This document shows, one piece after another, positions 29,601-44,681 of a stretch of 64,000 nucleotides of DNA. Where the stretch lies: assembly GCF_009914755.1 (NCBI RefSeq), contig NC_060936.1. One strand, written 5' to 3'. The notes under the pieces are model-generated. The model was given only the letters and a program-made list of their open reading frames with translations, did not search any database and was not told where the DNA came from. Each line of letters begins with the position of its first letter. Within the stretch, counting starts at the first letter, position 1. The stretch comes from the human T2T-CHM13v2.0 reference genome, Homo sapiens. A program made the translations under genes and the position numbers.

Positions 29601-30643
29601 GTAAAGTGAAGTCAGTAGTTAATTCTTTGCCAGACCTTGAAGGAGTACCAACAATCCAGTGTTGTAGGCAATTGCTGCCTATCCACTAAATGCTTCTACA
29701 TCAGAGTCACAAACTCCTTAACAGACAATACAAAAGCCAGCTACATACTTCACAGGCACTGTTTCCTGCAATGGTCAGGATCATTCTAGTCCTGGTCATC
29801 TTTGCTATACTTTCCACATTAATTTCTGGAAAACAGCTCTCAATCCTCCCATTCTCAGCTGAGATAAAGTGGCTAGGTCCTGAAGTAGACGTGGAGTGTA
29901 GCTTCCCAAATCCTGTGGTATTACGATGGTGGAAAAAGGAGCTGAGCCAGGAAAAGTCGCAGGAGAAGCACATTCTGGAGGCCCCAGCATTTCTTGCACT
30001 CTAACAGCCAGGTAATGGGGAGCAGAGGAGCGCTCAGCAGCTGGCAGAGCTTCACTAAGTAATGACATTGCTGGCCAGGGACAGAAACATAAACACTACA
30101 AAATTCCAGGTAGGATCTGAGATGGTTTATACAGTTCTAGGAGTAACTAGTTAAATAGAAAGAGGGACCAATGAAACCATAGCCACTCTATTGATTTGCA
30201 AACAACAGGTACAGTTATAGCCTAAAATAGAACTGCTCATAAGTAAGTGGAGAGAAAAAGCAACTAGAGGTTTTTCAAAAGATTTAATGACATTTTAAAA
30301 AGAAAATAAGCATAGCACTTAGGTTATAGAGGAAAAAGAAAAACGTTTTGAAAAGTCTTTACTAATGGAAACAAATCTTAGACAACTGCTTTTATGCTCC
30401 ATAAGGTTTTACAGGATGTGATAAAATAAAAGCTAAAATAATAAGACGAGAGTCTGGAGGAAAGGTGCTAGGTGGGATACAGACAGAAATAAAAAGGAAG
30501 CAATATGAGGTCAACCGCAATGGGGCAGGAGGACTAATTATGCAGGAGAAAAAAATCATTTCTACATTGAAATCAGTAAAGAACAAAATCAAATACAGAC
30601 TTTGAATCATCAACATAAAGAAAAAATGTTAAAAGCTCTCCCA

Positions 30644-32223
<1,580 letters not shown>

Positions 32224-32802
32224 AAAAGCTCTCCCAACATGCAGAGGAAAAGGGAATATGTTAAAGTTGACACAAATTAACAGACACTGAAGACAGATAC
32301 TGGAGAAAGACATATGGATAATTTTTCTTTTTAAGTAATCAAATGATATTCACAGACATATGGGGGGAAGAATCCTGACCTACAAAAGCCTAATTGTGGA
32401 GACTGAGGAAAAGAAAAGGGCTCCTAAAATTTCCAGGTAAAATTCATCAAAGGCGAGAAAAAGTAACATGCCCACAAAGTAATTAGTGGGCTGAACTGAG
32501 ACCTGTATCTCACAATATTAAATGCCTAAATACAATGAAATCATATAGTAGAACTTTGAGAGGAGAAGGTTTTAGCCTCAATATGTCAATTCACAGGCAG
32601 ATAATCATTCATGTAAAATTACAACAGGAAGACATTTTTCAGATATAGAAGGATGCTGGAATACTACCCACATATAGTACCTGAAACGATTAACAGAAAT
32701 TTAAAAGAAATTGAAGCAAATCAGTGGAATTCAAAATACTAATGTACACTATCTAGTTTATATAATAACCAAAAAATGTAAAAGAAAATTTATTAATCTT
32801 AC

Positions 32803-32972
32803 CCTTATTGTAAGTGTAATTGGCATACCCTCTTTTATGTTACTTGGGTTAAAGTATGATTTACTCTCTCTTAAGAAATGTGGTTTCAAAATATATCCAG
32901 AACCACCATTATCCAAAAATTTCCCATTTTGCAGATCCATGGGCAGACCAGGGGTCTGGAAATTTAAAGCCA
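32803..32972 (-). CDS. PLCZ1: PLCZ1 exon 12 (170 nt), ALNFQTPG...[10 protein letters not shown]...TLTIR
   Basis: Acceptor CTTACAG|TG, donor AGG|GTAAGA; phase 1 to 0; ORF 32758..33033. Confidence 0.96.
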
Positions 32973-34042
32973 CTGTAAGAAAGAAGTATTTTGACATTGT
33001 CAGGTAATAGAGAATACAAATAAAGGAACACAAACCACTTACTGAAATCTAATAATGGATTCTATGTCCCCAAATGTTCTATGAGCAAGTATCATTAGCC
33101 TAATAATTCATGATTTTTAAAACTCTTTCTCCTGCCATGTCTATATTAATGTATATTGATGAGTTGCAAAGTTTAATCTGTAAGTAAATTACTACACAGC
33201 TTTGAGTAAAGAAATCAAAATGGTATCCAGTACAGATTACAGAATAACAATGTTCATGTCAGGTAACACTTAAGAAATGTCAGAATAAAGAGTATCAGTG
33301 CATTGAATGCAAGAGGTAAAGACATCAACTATGTCATAAATTTTCAAGTCCATGAGATGCTGTTGTCACTTGAGGAGAAAGTGAGAAACAGGCAAAGCAA
33401 TAATTGTCGTTACAATATGGAAGTACCTCAGTATAGCCTGGTAAATAGCCACTGTAGAGAGTACCACACTCCACCCTCCACCCAGCCCCAATATCCCCCC
33501 TCCTCACACCTACAGGCCTTGCCACAATCCAGTAGAAGGGTAACACCTGGTACTTTCTGATGGGTTAGTGCAGTGCTGTACTAGCTGTTCAATTTGGAAT
33601 AAGAGTCTGGTGAGGGCAAATAACCAAGTTAGGCAATCTTATTCACTTTTCAAAACTATGAATGTAGAAGCTCATGTAAAGTATAAATGATAGAGGTCAC
33701 TTGATTTGAAGAGGCCTTGAGCATACCTCAAGCAAAGGAATTTGATCTTCAATGTCCATTTGGGTTTCCTTGTTCCCTTCCTCCACTACACATGTCTCAT
33801 ATTAACTCCTCGTGAATTTAACCACCATTCCCCAAACCATCACTGAGATTTACCCCGCTTCAACCCAGATAGGAATGACTTCAACTCTTACAACACATGA
33901 CCCACCATTAGTGCCTGACCCCAAAGCCCCCGGGCTAAAAAATCTTTTACAGAAAGCCCTTTTCACGAGTTTTTCATACATTCATAAAATGAATTCATTT
34001 TATGTTACTTCTGCAAACAACTCAATATCGTATATAACATAC

Positions 34043-34159
34043 CCATTTGACAACCTATATTCCAAAATTCTTGGGGATTAAAATTAGAAGAGTCTGCTCT
34101 TGTTGCTTTGGGATATATTCTGGTAATGAACTTCCTGGTGTGAAAAATAAACTCATGGA
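34043..34159 (-). CDS. PLCZ1: PLCZ1 exon 11 (117 nt), [38 protein letters not shown]
   Basis: Read by hand. Acceptor TTTTTCAG|TC, donor TGG|GTATGT; phase 1 to 1; RIYP...DSSN...GCQM Y-box motifs. Confidence 0.96.
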
Positions 34160-36127
34160 CTGAAAAAGAATAATTAAAACATTGTGAAAGAATTCAAATA
34201 AATTTAAAAAGCCACTATATATATATATATATATATCATATAATTCTATAATAGTTTCAACAATTTTGATATGTATTGTCTTGGCAAAAATTTGCAATTC
34301 ATGAATATCAAAATAAATCCATGCCTTTATGTTTATAGTATAATTCACTATTATTTAGATGTTAGTGACAATTTTATCATAAAATGTATGTACACTGATC
34401 ATTCAAGGAAAAAATTGATTAGATAATTTATATATTTTTTACACCCAAATTATTTCACTTTGTTGTAAGAATACATAAAACTCCAAAATATAATCCATTC
34501 ATTTTTCAAAACAAAAGCAGCATTTTCCCTTATTATTTTTCCACTTTGATTTTCACAGTAGGGCAGAATCATATGGAAGTCACACAAAGCTATACGATTC
34601 CAGCTAAATTAATCCTACTGAACATTTCACAGGTTCTCAGGGTTGAAAGGCACCCCAAAGTTGTCCAGTTCGACTTCCAATCCCTTCACTCCAGCATCTT
34701 CCCCCAAAGTTTATTCAATCTGTGTTTACATGTCTCCATTGAAAAACTTTCAATGCTTTTAATTATTTCAAATGTCGTTCTTACTGGGATAATCTCTACG
34801 TATTTGTAGTATACACACAAACAGGAACAAACATACACACACAGTCTATTTTAGTTTCTGTACATATTCTTTGTGTTTCTTCTTGTCTATATAATATTTA
34901 AGTCACTTGAGATTCAAACTAACTTAAACCCTTTACCATTTGGCACCTTCTTCAAATTTTTGAACACAAATTTCATGCTTCTCCAAGGATTTTCTTTTTT
35001 CATTAAACAGATCCTGTTTCTGCAACCATTCCTGCTGATATAGTGACTCATCATGGGAGAATGGTTACTGCTTATGGCTCACTTCATTTGCTAAACCAAC
35101 TAGAATAGAATCACCTCTCCCTTCATCCTAAATACTATTATTTAGGAAGCATTGTCAAATTAAAAATTACAGTTAATTTTATCAATATTTATTTTCAAAA
35201 GTTACACATTCCTTGAGAGAAAGTTTATTTTGAAACCATGTGTGTATAAATACAGCATAGGTGTCCAAGTATCATGCTCCCTTATCTAGTCCTAACAGAT
35301 GTCTGTCCTTAGGCAAAACACATACTCTTCTGAGTCTTAATGTTTCTCATTTACAAAGTAATAAATGTGAATGATGACTAAGGTCTCATAACATAATATG
35401 ATTTTGTTATTTCTGAGATTAACCTTTAGAAAATAAACATGTTTGTTATTACAAATACAGTTCATGTTTACTGTAAAATAGGAGGACATCAAAGAACAAA
35501 TCAAACCATATGTCATCATTCAACTGATAACCACTGATAACTCCTTCACATATATCTTCCCATTCTTTTGTATGTGTATAATTTTTAGTTGAATGATAAT
35601 GTTTGTTCCCTTTCACAAACCGTTATCTTTATTTACTATAATAATGTGAACATCATTTCATTTCAATAATATTCATCTACAACATTATTTTTTAATGATT
35701 TTCATTATGTTTATAATAATAATTGGCATCCTTGAAGTTAAACCTTTGCAGACATCATTGATTATTTACTATAACTTTTGGTGCAAGAAAAATGCTCTAT
35801 GCCCCTTCAAAGAAATGGTAATGTTATACTTTGACTCTACTCAGAACTATCTAATTCCTTTCCAAAATTTTTGCAAGTATTTAATATGATGAGAGTAATA
35901 CAATTATAATTAATTTATGCTGTGCCTACAGGTCCTGTCCTCATGAACAACATGAGGACCTGTCCTCATGAACAACATGAAGGAACAGAGACCAGTAAAG
36001 CATGTCATTCAAACTCTCTTAACCACACCTTACAGCAAGAAATACATTTTACAATCCAACTCACATGCACGATGCACAATTGCTTCATAAAACCATATTT
36101 ATTATTACTGCTTGCAATACACTTTTC

Positions 36128-36249
36128 TTCTATTCTATTCTATTCTATTCTATTCTATTCTATTCTATTCTATTCTATTCTATTCTACTCCATTCCATTC
36201 CATTCCATCCCATTCCATTCTACTCTATACTACTCTATTCTATTCTATT
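36128..36249. repeat. Compound pentanucleotide repeat (TATTC)n/(CATTC)n
   Basis: Seen directly. Confidence 0.95.
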
Positions 36250-36529
36250 ATTTAACTGTAGTCCAGACCTACTGAATTGATTTTTGGTTACAACACACAG
36301 GTTAAAAAAGGAAAAGAGCCTTTAAAAAATCCAGGATCTCTCTAATAGATAGTTAGAGAATATGAACTAAAGTATACTTCAAAATCTTTGGGTATCTATG
36401 ACCAGCCCAATAAGGTTAATCATTAAAGCTTTCAGAATCCGCATTCCCAAACAGCCAGCAGCTTTTCTCAAGTCAATTGCAGGTGCTGATTTTCCTTCTG
36501 TGGTATTTCTACACAAGATGGTAGATTGC

Positions 36530-36830
36530 ATTTTTTTAACTTTTAATTTTTGTGGGTACATAGATAAATATATTTATGGAGTACACGAGATATTTTGACA
36601 AAGATATACAATGTCTAGTAACACATCAGGATAAGTGGTGTATCCATCACCCCAAGCATTTATCCTTTGTGTAACAAACAATCCAATTATACTCTTTTAG
36701 TTATTTTTAAATGTACAATAAACTATTGTTGACTGTAGTCACCTGTTGCACTATCAAATACTATGTCTTATTCATTCTAACTATAGTTTTGTATCCATTA
36801 TTGTCCTTACTTCCCCCATACCCCTGCTAC
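36530..36830 (-). mobile_element. L1MA-like 3' end
   Basis: ttttaatttttgtgggtacatag...atccatcacc...acaatccaattatactcttttagtta. Confidence 0.8.
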
Positions 36831-37693
36831 TAAAAAAAACTGCCATTTTTTGAGGATTAGCAGAGTCACCTGGCTCTTAAGTTAGTTGCTCATTCCCTTT
36901 TAAGTTTGGGACATTCCCCACATAATGAGTCTTCTTTCTATTCTCTTTCTCAGGCCCCGTTTTACCTTGGGCACTGCCAAACAGAATAACCACCTCAGTT
37001 TTAGAATTAGAGGCAGTGAAAGGAAGATGCAGAGACAGATGGCACCTCTACAGGTGTGCAGTGGGGCATGCACACTCTGCACAGCCATCTGGTAGTCCAG
37101 CCTGGGCGCCATTTCTTCCCCTTCCTTCACCATAGGCATAGAGCCTCCAAGTCTGATTAACCCTACCCTCTTCAATGCCTATTAAATCCACAAAGTTCAT
37201 CCTGTCTCCACTCTCACTGCCAGAAATCTTTATTACCGCCTTCCTGCCTGCAATCTCACCCTTTGGCTGCTATCAGAGGTATCGTTTAGAAATAGAGTGG
37301 ATCATGCCACTCCTGAGAGTTCAATCTTCTCCTGCGCACCTTCGCTTCCAGGACAAAGTTCAAGCCTTCTAATTCGGCTCTGCCTCCCTCTGCAGCCCTG
37401 TCACTGCTCTCCTATACAAGCTGCTCACCACAGCCCCCCAGCCCTCAACAAATGTGGCCACATCGGACATTCTCAATCAAAATGTCATGGCTTAGGAAAG
37501 TTAATTAATGGCTAAGTTCCATGAAATAAAACTTAATGAGACCTGAGGTATGTAACCCCATTCTAAATTATGTTAAATGTGTTGAAATTTTATGAGAATA
37601 TACATTTTATAAATATCATTGAGCAATCTTAACACCCTAGCAGTGAATCTAACTCATTTAAACATTTCATCTATTTGAGTCACAAAAATTTAC

Positions 37694-37850
37694 CTCGCAA
37701 TTTTGAAAGTTTTCGGGCTTGTGTCTCCCCAATAGAATTATTTTCATTAAATTGCTGATATAATCTTGAATGTTGAAAGCTTTTGAATTTCTCAGCTTTC
37801 GTATAAATGACAAGATCAGATAAGGCCAGAGCAATTTTTAGCTTCCTGGT
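37694..37850 (-). CDS. PLCZ1: PLCZ1 exon 10 (157 nt), [18 protein letters not shown]...RKLSKLR, start of Y domain
   Basis: Read by hand. Acceptor TTTTTAG|ACC, donor GAG|GTAAAT; phase 0 to 1; LSDLVIY Y-box motif. Confidence 0.95.
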
Positions 37851-38411
37851 CTAAAAATAAAATGCAGTAATTTTACATTTTTATGCTAATCATTGGGAAA
37901 AAAAATTTTTTCTAGTAAAGAAAATACACTTTCAAACAAATGATTTTCATCTTTTCATAAGATTATCTCCTCAAACACCATTTGATTAACTCAATATGAT
38001 TATTTTTGGGAACAAAAAAATATTTAATGTTAAGATAAGCTAGCTTAAATTTAAAAATCATGATTAATGTAATAAGTATTGAGGACCACAATTATTACTA
38101 TTTATTTTTTTCCTAAAGATCTCAGTGTATTCCCATGAATTTTATAATTTTAGGAATTTTTGTCATTAATAAATTTATATTGAAATGACTTCTATTACAT
38201 AGCGAACATTTGCCATTTCACAACCTGGCATCTATTTCTTTTACACTTCTTTTTAGCCATTTCCCAAGTTTTGTTTTGGGAAAACATTTCTTGCTCATGC
38301 TCAATCCAAGTATGAGTCAGGCAGATTGGGCCAGCTAAACAGAGCTTTGCATTCCCCTAGCAACAGTAATTGGTTCTGGGATGTGCGCATAACCAGATCA
38401 GAGCCAACGTA

Positions 38412-38446
<35 letters not shown>

Positions 38447-38862
38447 TTGCTCTGCCAAGAGATAGGCATTCCACTGGATTTGAAGCTGAAATGATATAAA
38501 GCTGACTCCTTGCAATAGCCATGCACCAACACAGAGAAAGTGGGAGCAAAGCTGGAGAAAGAATTGAAGTTCTGCTGACTTTATGTGAGACACTATATCA
38601 AGTCATTTTTTAAACTAAAATCCCTTTCACTGAACTTTTCATCTATGTAGGCCAATTAATTAATTATCATTTTATTTAAACCAGCTGGATTGGTTTTGTG
38701 TCACATGCAACCTAATATACTTTCTTTCATCATGCTAATGTATATACATATAACATTATGTATTATTAATATTGAATCTTGTCTTTGTCTTTACTTGGGA
38801 CCAGGGAAATTACGTTGTGTATCTCTGCATCTTTTGCACTTCGCACAAAGCCTGTTTCATAA

Positions 38863-39204
<342 letters not shown>

Positions 39205-39404
39205 TAAGCAGCTAACATAAGAAAAGAGGCAATTTAAAAAATTCATCTTCCACCATCGATGTTTTCAAAGTAAATTGTAAATGATAGACTAGAGTTTTTA
39301 TAAGAAGGAAAATGATTTTTCTCCAGAATTTTAAAAAAATCTCCAAGAATAAAATTAGAAAACTTTCCAATCACTTGTAAGATTTTCACAAAACACCACC
39401 TCAC

Positions 39405-39472
39405 CTTCTTTTTCTTGAAAAGCATTACTCCAGGTAACTTTTTTACCCCTGTTTCCTTGTCTTGATTGTCTC
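39405..39472 (-). CDS. PLCZ1: PLCZ1 exon 9 (68 nt), X-Y linker DNQDKETGVKKLPGVMLFKKKK
   Basis: Acceptor TCTGTTTTAG|GA, donor AAG|GTGAGG; phase 1 to 0; inside ORF 39243..39581. Confidence 0.92.
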
Positions 39473-39510
39473 CTAAAACAGATTCCAATACTTCTGATTC
39501 TTTGAATTTA

Positions 39511-39548
39511 TCCTCCTCCTCCTCCTCCTCCTCCTCCTCCTCCTCCTC
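39511..39548 (-). repeat. (GAG)12 trinucleotide repeat in PLCZ1 intron 8
   Basis: (tcc)12 on + strand; encodes Glu12 in the PLCZ1 frame. Confidence 0.95.
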
Positions 39549-39586
39549 TCCATCTGCCACTTCTTCTTCCCATTCCTCCACCTTAC

Positions 39587-39671
39587 CACGCTTATCAGAA
39601 CCTTTTCTTTCATGGGTTTCCTTTAAGGTTCCTATTTTCTTATTTTTAACTAATATTTTGAATTTTAGTGC
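39587..39671 (-). CDS. PLCZ1: PLCZ1 exon 8 (85 nt), ALKFKILVKNKKIGTLKETHERKGSDKR
   Basis: Acceptor TTTCCTTAG|GCA, donor CGTG|GTAAGG; phase 0 to 1. The donor is inferred from the recalled 608-aa protein (KRGDNQ junction). Confidence 0.92.
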
Positions 39672-40702
39672 CTAAGGAAACAATTTGAGAGATACAATTA
39701 CACATTTACAAGTAAATTTGCATTGTAACAGTCACTGAAAAGTGTTTCACTATATTTCCAATTAGCCTACAGTAATAAGATATGTAAGAACTCCATTTTT
39801 TCCCATACCCCTATTCACATCTCAGTAGAGGAATGAATACAGTGATATAATGCTATTGATTGTAATTCACCAAAAAATAAGCCTGTTATGATTGAGACTT
39901 ACCATATGCCATTTTTTTTATATTTCCCAAGTTGGTACTATTCCAACAATTTGAAATATGTGAAAAGTATATATATATAAATACTTACCATGATATTGCA
40001 ATGAAAATGTTACAACTTCTGGTAGTAAACGCTTCAGCTCATCATTTTCTTATCCAACATTAAAAAGTATTAAATGAAATCAGGTATATTAAAATGTCTA
40101 TCATAAGTGTCTGGCATCTAGTATAGACTAAATTAAAGATTCGTAATAAAGGCTCTTCAAATTTCTTCTGTATTACACATAAACATCATTAACTTAATAT
40201 TTTCTGTCCTTCAAACTTAGAAGCATAGCAAAATTTACCATCAGTGTCACTTGTTCTAAATTTGAAGGCTTCTGGTTCCATTCTTTCACTTGGTTATTCC
40301 TGCCCTTAGGATAATTTCTTTAATTTAACAAGTACATTTAAGTACCGGCTCTGTTATATACAATGCTGAAATCTGGGTTATAAAGTAAAGTTCTTTTCTC
40401 CATGGAGCTTTGATTGTCCTTTCTCTTTTGTCATCCTCAGGCATCCATTCAAATTATTCCATCATCTTGGGTCTTCCCTCTTTCACAATGACCCTTATGA
40501 TACTCTCCACTGCAGAGTTTACCAAATGCACTCTGCAATCCCATGTATCAAGAATATTATCAGAAGTGCTTGGGAAAGGGACAAATTCCTAGGATCTACT
40601 TCAAAATAAGGGAATCAGAATCTTGAATTGTGGGGCTGGAATTGGGCCTCCTTTAACAAGTCTCTAGGCAATTCTTTTACACACAAGGACTGAATATTGT
40701 AG

Positions 40703-40861
<159 letters not shown>

Positions 40862-41302
40862 TAACTTTAATTCTTTATTTACTCATTGAAAAGCACCTCC
40901 CTGCTTTAATATGGAGCTAAAATTTGAATGAAAGCTATGTACGGGAATGCTAGAAAAATAGATTCATATATAATAGGAAGCGGGATTCTCTTCCAAGAAA
41001 GCTGAAAATTATAAGTTCCAGAATTGGACTATGATTTGGGTTTAATCTTTGATGATATGTTTCGAAATTCTTTACTATTTCTTTCCACCACAATTGAACA
41101 CATTGAGTCTGTGGGCATTCTTATGCCACAAAAGAACCGTGGTCTTTCCATTTATCACACAGTTCATTTTTTTCTGTCTCAGTTCTATCATCAGCCCTAT
41201 ATGTCTTGTCACTAGTGTCACAACACTTTCACTTGAATATTTTTCACTGATTTAAATAAAATGTTAAAAGAAGTAAAATTTGAAGATCTTCCAAATTTAT
41301 TA

Positions 41303-41760
41303 TGTCAGGGAGAAAAGTTCAGCCCTGGAAACTTAGTCATGTAATACAGCTGTTTTTCTTCGATGGTGCATGACCATTGCTTTCTGACCTTTGTGTTGAG
41401 ATGTTATACATTGACCAGACTCCTTATTCTTTATTCAAACCCTGACTAAATGACCTTAGAGATAGAGAACCTTGTGATTACCTCTTTACAATAGAATGTT
41501 AAGCAAACCCCTTAGAGTGTAATCAACCGTAGCCAATCAAATCTTAAATCTGTATGTTAACCCTTGTGTGGAAAATACTGTAATTCTGTTCTGTACCTCT
41601 GTTTTTGCCTGTATAAAACAATTTTCACTTTTTCCCACACCAGGAGCAATGACTACTATTCTTTGCTGTCTTGTGTGTCCCAGAAAGCTACCCTTACACT
41701 ATGCACTTGAATAAATTCTTCTAACTGAATCCCAAGCCTTTTGATTATTTTAAGTTGGCA
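41303..41760 (+). mobile_element. ERV1-class solo LTR (LTR37/MER31-like)
   Basis: TG...CA ends; CCAAT 41533, TATAAAA 41612 and AATAAA 41710 in LTR order; family tentative. Confidence 0.7.
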
Positions 41761-42219
41761 AAAAAAATAAGGAAAATACAGAGGGCAATACCCAAATATT
41801 ACAAAAATATTGTTATGTCTAGCAAAAATGAAGACATGTCAAAACCAAACTATTTGTTGTTAGACAATACTATTCATCAAAAAGAAAGTTTATTTGTAAT
41901 CTGATAAAATTTGGGATAGGGAGAAAGGCCCAGCAAAGGAAACTAAGCAGGAGTGGTCAAAGAGGAGTGAGGGAAGGCTAAAGAATGTGGTGTTACAACA
42001 GAAAGTAATTCAGGGAAAGGAAGTGGAGGTCGACAGTATTGAATGTTAATGAGAGGACAACCAGATGAAGACTAAAAGAGGTTCATTAGAATTTATCAGT
42101 AAGAAAATCTTTGATGAATGTGATGGGAACTTTCCTGTGAAGCAATTAGAAGAGAAAGAGGGACTGAACAGGTTGCAAGGAGACAAGAAAATGAAAATTT
42201 GGGCCGTGAGAGGGAGTAA

Positions 42220-42522
<303 letters not shown>

Positions 42523-43061
42523 ATAGAGAGGGAGTAATAAAGAGACAGCCAGAGAGAGAAGTGAAGTCCTGATGGTAGATGTGGACGTGATTTTTCAAAG
42601 CAAATACTTCAGTATGCTCAAATTAAGACGGAAAGGGTCATAGAGACAGGGAAATTGAAAAGAGTAGATTTTTTAAAGGGGAACTTGCTACCCAGCTGTT
42701 GAGATATTGGGTACTGACTATTTATAGTCTAGAACTTTTGCCACTTTCTAGGACTTTTGCCTGTAAAACATACTAAATTTCTGGTCCTTAATACTAATTG
42801 CTTTGATATTGTGGACCCATGGGGTAGGAGACACAATCAAAATGTGGGTTGTATGTATATATATATAAATTTTAATCGAAATATATTCACCTAAGCATTC
42901 ATGAGAACATTCCCTAGGCAACATTGCAAAAATAAACCTCTATACGTGATCAAAACTAAGCATTTTCATTGGTCTCTAGCCCAGTTTCACAGGCCAATAT
43001 AACAGTGACATGTTTTCATGGACTTTTTTCTTAACCTGAGTTTCTCAGAAAAAAATGTTAC

Positions 43062-43211
43062 CTCTGGTGATGGTAGAGTATCAGGAAAATCATCAAGCAT
43101 ATCAGAAAGCAAGGACTCTCCAAAAGTAGCCTGCAAATTGTCTGCCATTACTTCTTGTTGGGCAGTGGAGCAGTGATTTTCTAAAGAGAGCACCACTGGG
43201 TAGTCAGATGT
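43062..43211 (-). CDS. PLCZ1: PLCZ1 exon 7 (150 nt), TSDYPVVLSLENHC...TLPSPE
   Basis: Acceptor TTTTTAG|ACA, donor GAG|GTAACA; phase 0 to 0; ORF 42987..43196. Confidence 0.96.
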
Positions 43212-43479
43212 CTAAAAAAGTAACCATTACTATGGTTATTCATCAAAACTTCTAAATAATTGTAAGGCAATTAATATAAGTGCTTAATGTATTTTAAAAC
43301 TTACTTCTAACGTTTAGTACCTTTGCAAAATAAGTATTCTTTAAACTGAAAGTACTTTTGAGTTTGGCAAAACAGAGACCATTAAATCTGCATAAAAAGA
43401 AATGTATTACTATTTGCACCAAAAGAATAGGAACAACTGAAGCATCCATCAGTGAGTACTTATTTAAATAAATTATACT

Positions 43480-43826
<347 letters not shown>

Positions 43827-43840
43827 TTAAGAAGAAGGCA

Positions 43841-44150
43841 GGACGAGCATGGTGGCTCACACCTGTAATCCCAGCACTTTGGGAGGCCGAGGCGGGTGGA
43901 TCACCTGGGGTCAGGAGTTCGAGACCAGGCTGGCCAACATGGCGAAACCCCATCTCTACTAAAAATGCAAAAAAGAAAATTAGCTAGGCGTGGTGGCAGG
44001 TGCCTGTAATCCCAGTTACCTGGGAGGCTGAGGCAGGAGAATTGCTTGAACCGGGAGGTGGAGGTTGCAGTGAGCCGAGATTGCACCATTGCACTCCAGC
44101 CTGGGTGACGGAATGAGACTCTGTCTCAAAAATAAAAATAAAAAAAAAAA
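43841..44150 (+). mobile_element. AluS
   Basis: Full dimer; TSD aagaagaag(g/a)ca. Confidence 0.93.
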
Positions 44151-44681
44151 AAGAAGAAGACAGAGCTATCTATACTGCTATAGAAAGTTATCTACGGGTT
44201 TATGAAGAAAAGCAAGTTACCAAAAAGTAGCATGCTATATTTTTATTGTTAATATACAAATATTTAGAGATTTTAAAAAGTGAAACAAAAACATTATTAA
44301 CACTGATGAGTTGGGGGAAATGTCAATATTCTGCTTTTTCAGTTTTAAGTTCTGAAATCAAAACTCATTGTTTTAGAATTAGAAACAAAGATAAAGATAT
44401 TTCCAGTTTCTAATAGCAAAGGAGTTTTATTAAGTGAAGGTGGCTCTACAAAGGTATTTTCTGCCCTTTCTCATTGCTGTAACTTCAAAACTTGCCATTA
44501 AATAGGGAACAAAACATCACTGGATCTTATTTACAATTTTTTTCTTTGTTTTGATTTCATATATACTTATCAGGGCACAAATTTACCAATTTGTAAACAA
44601 GCCAGGGAATCACAAGTCTTACTGCATTTTCACAGCACTCAGAACAGGGTCGATTATTACTATGTCTTTTTAATGTATGAG

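Noticed and set aside
29690-30068. Three overlapping ORFs in a slightly GC-richer patch, with a CTCF-like TCAGCAGCTGGCAG
   Set aside because: No recognisable protein similarity; the motif has core mismatches; probably ancient repeat-derived sequence.
35922-36280. ORFs with ILFYS repeats; repeat array as CRISPR-like
   Set aside because: Translation of a (TATTC)n microsatellite; no spacers, and the context is eukaryotic.
39466-39675. Plus-strand poly-Ser ORF (69 aa)
   Set aside because: It is the antisense reading of the GAG repeat and exon 8; no independent evidence.
39894-40130. Two perfect minus-strand ATG|GTAAGT donors in intron 7 (near 39902 and 39988)
   Set aside because: No convincing paired acceptor or polypyrimidine tract; isolated donors are common in AT-rich introns.
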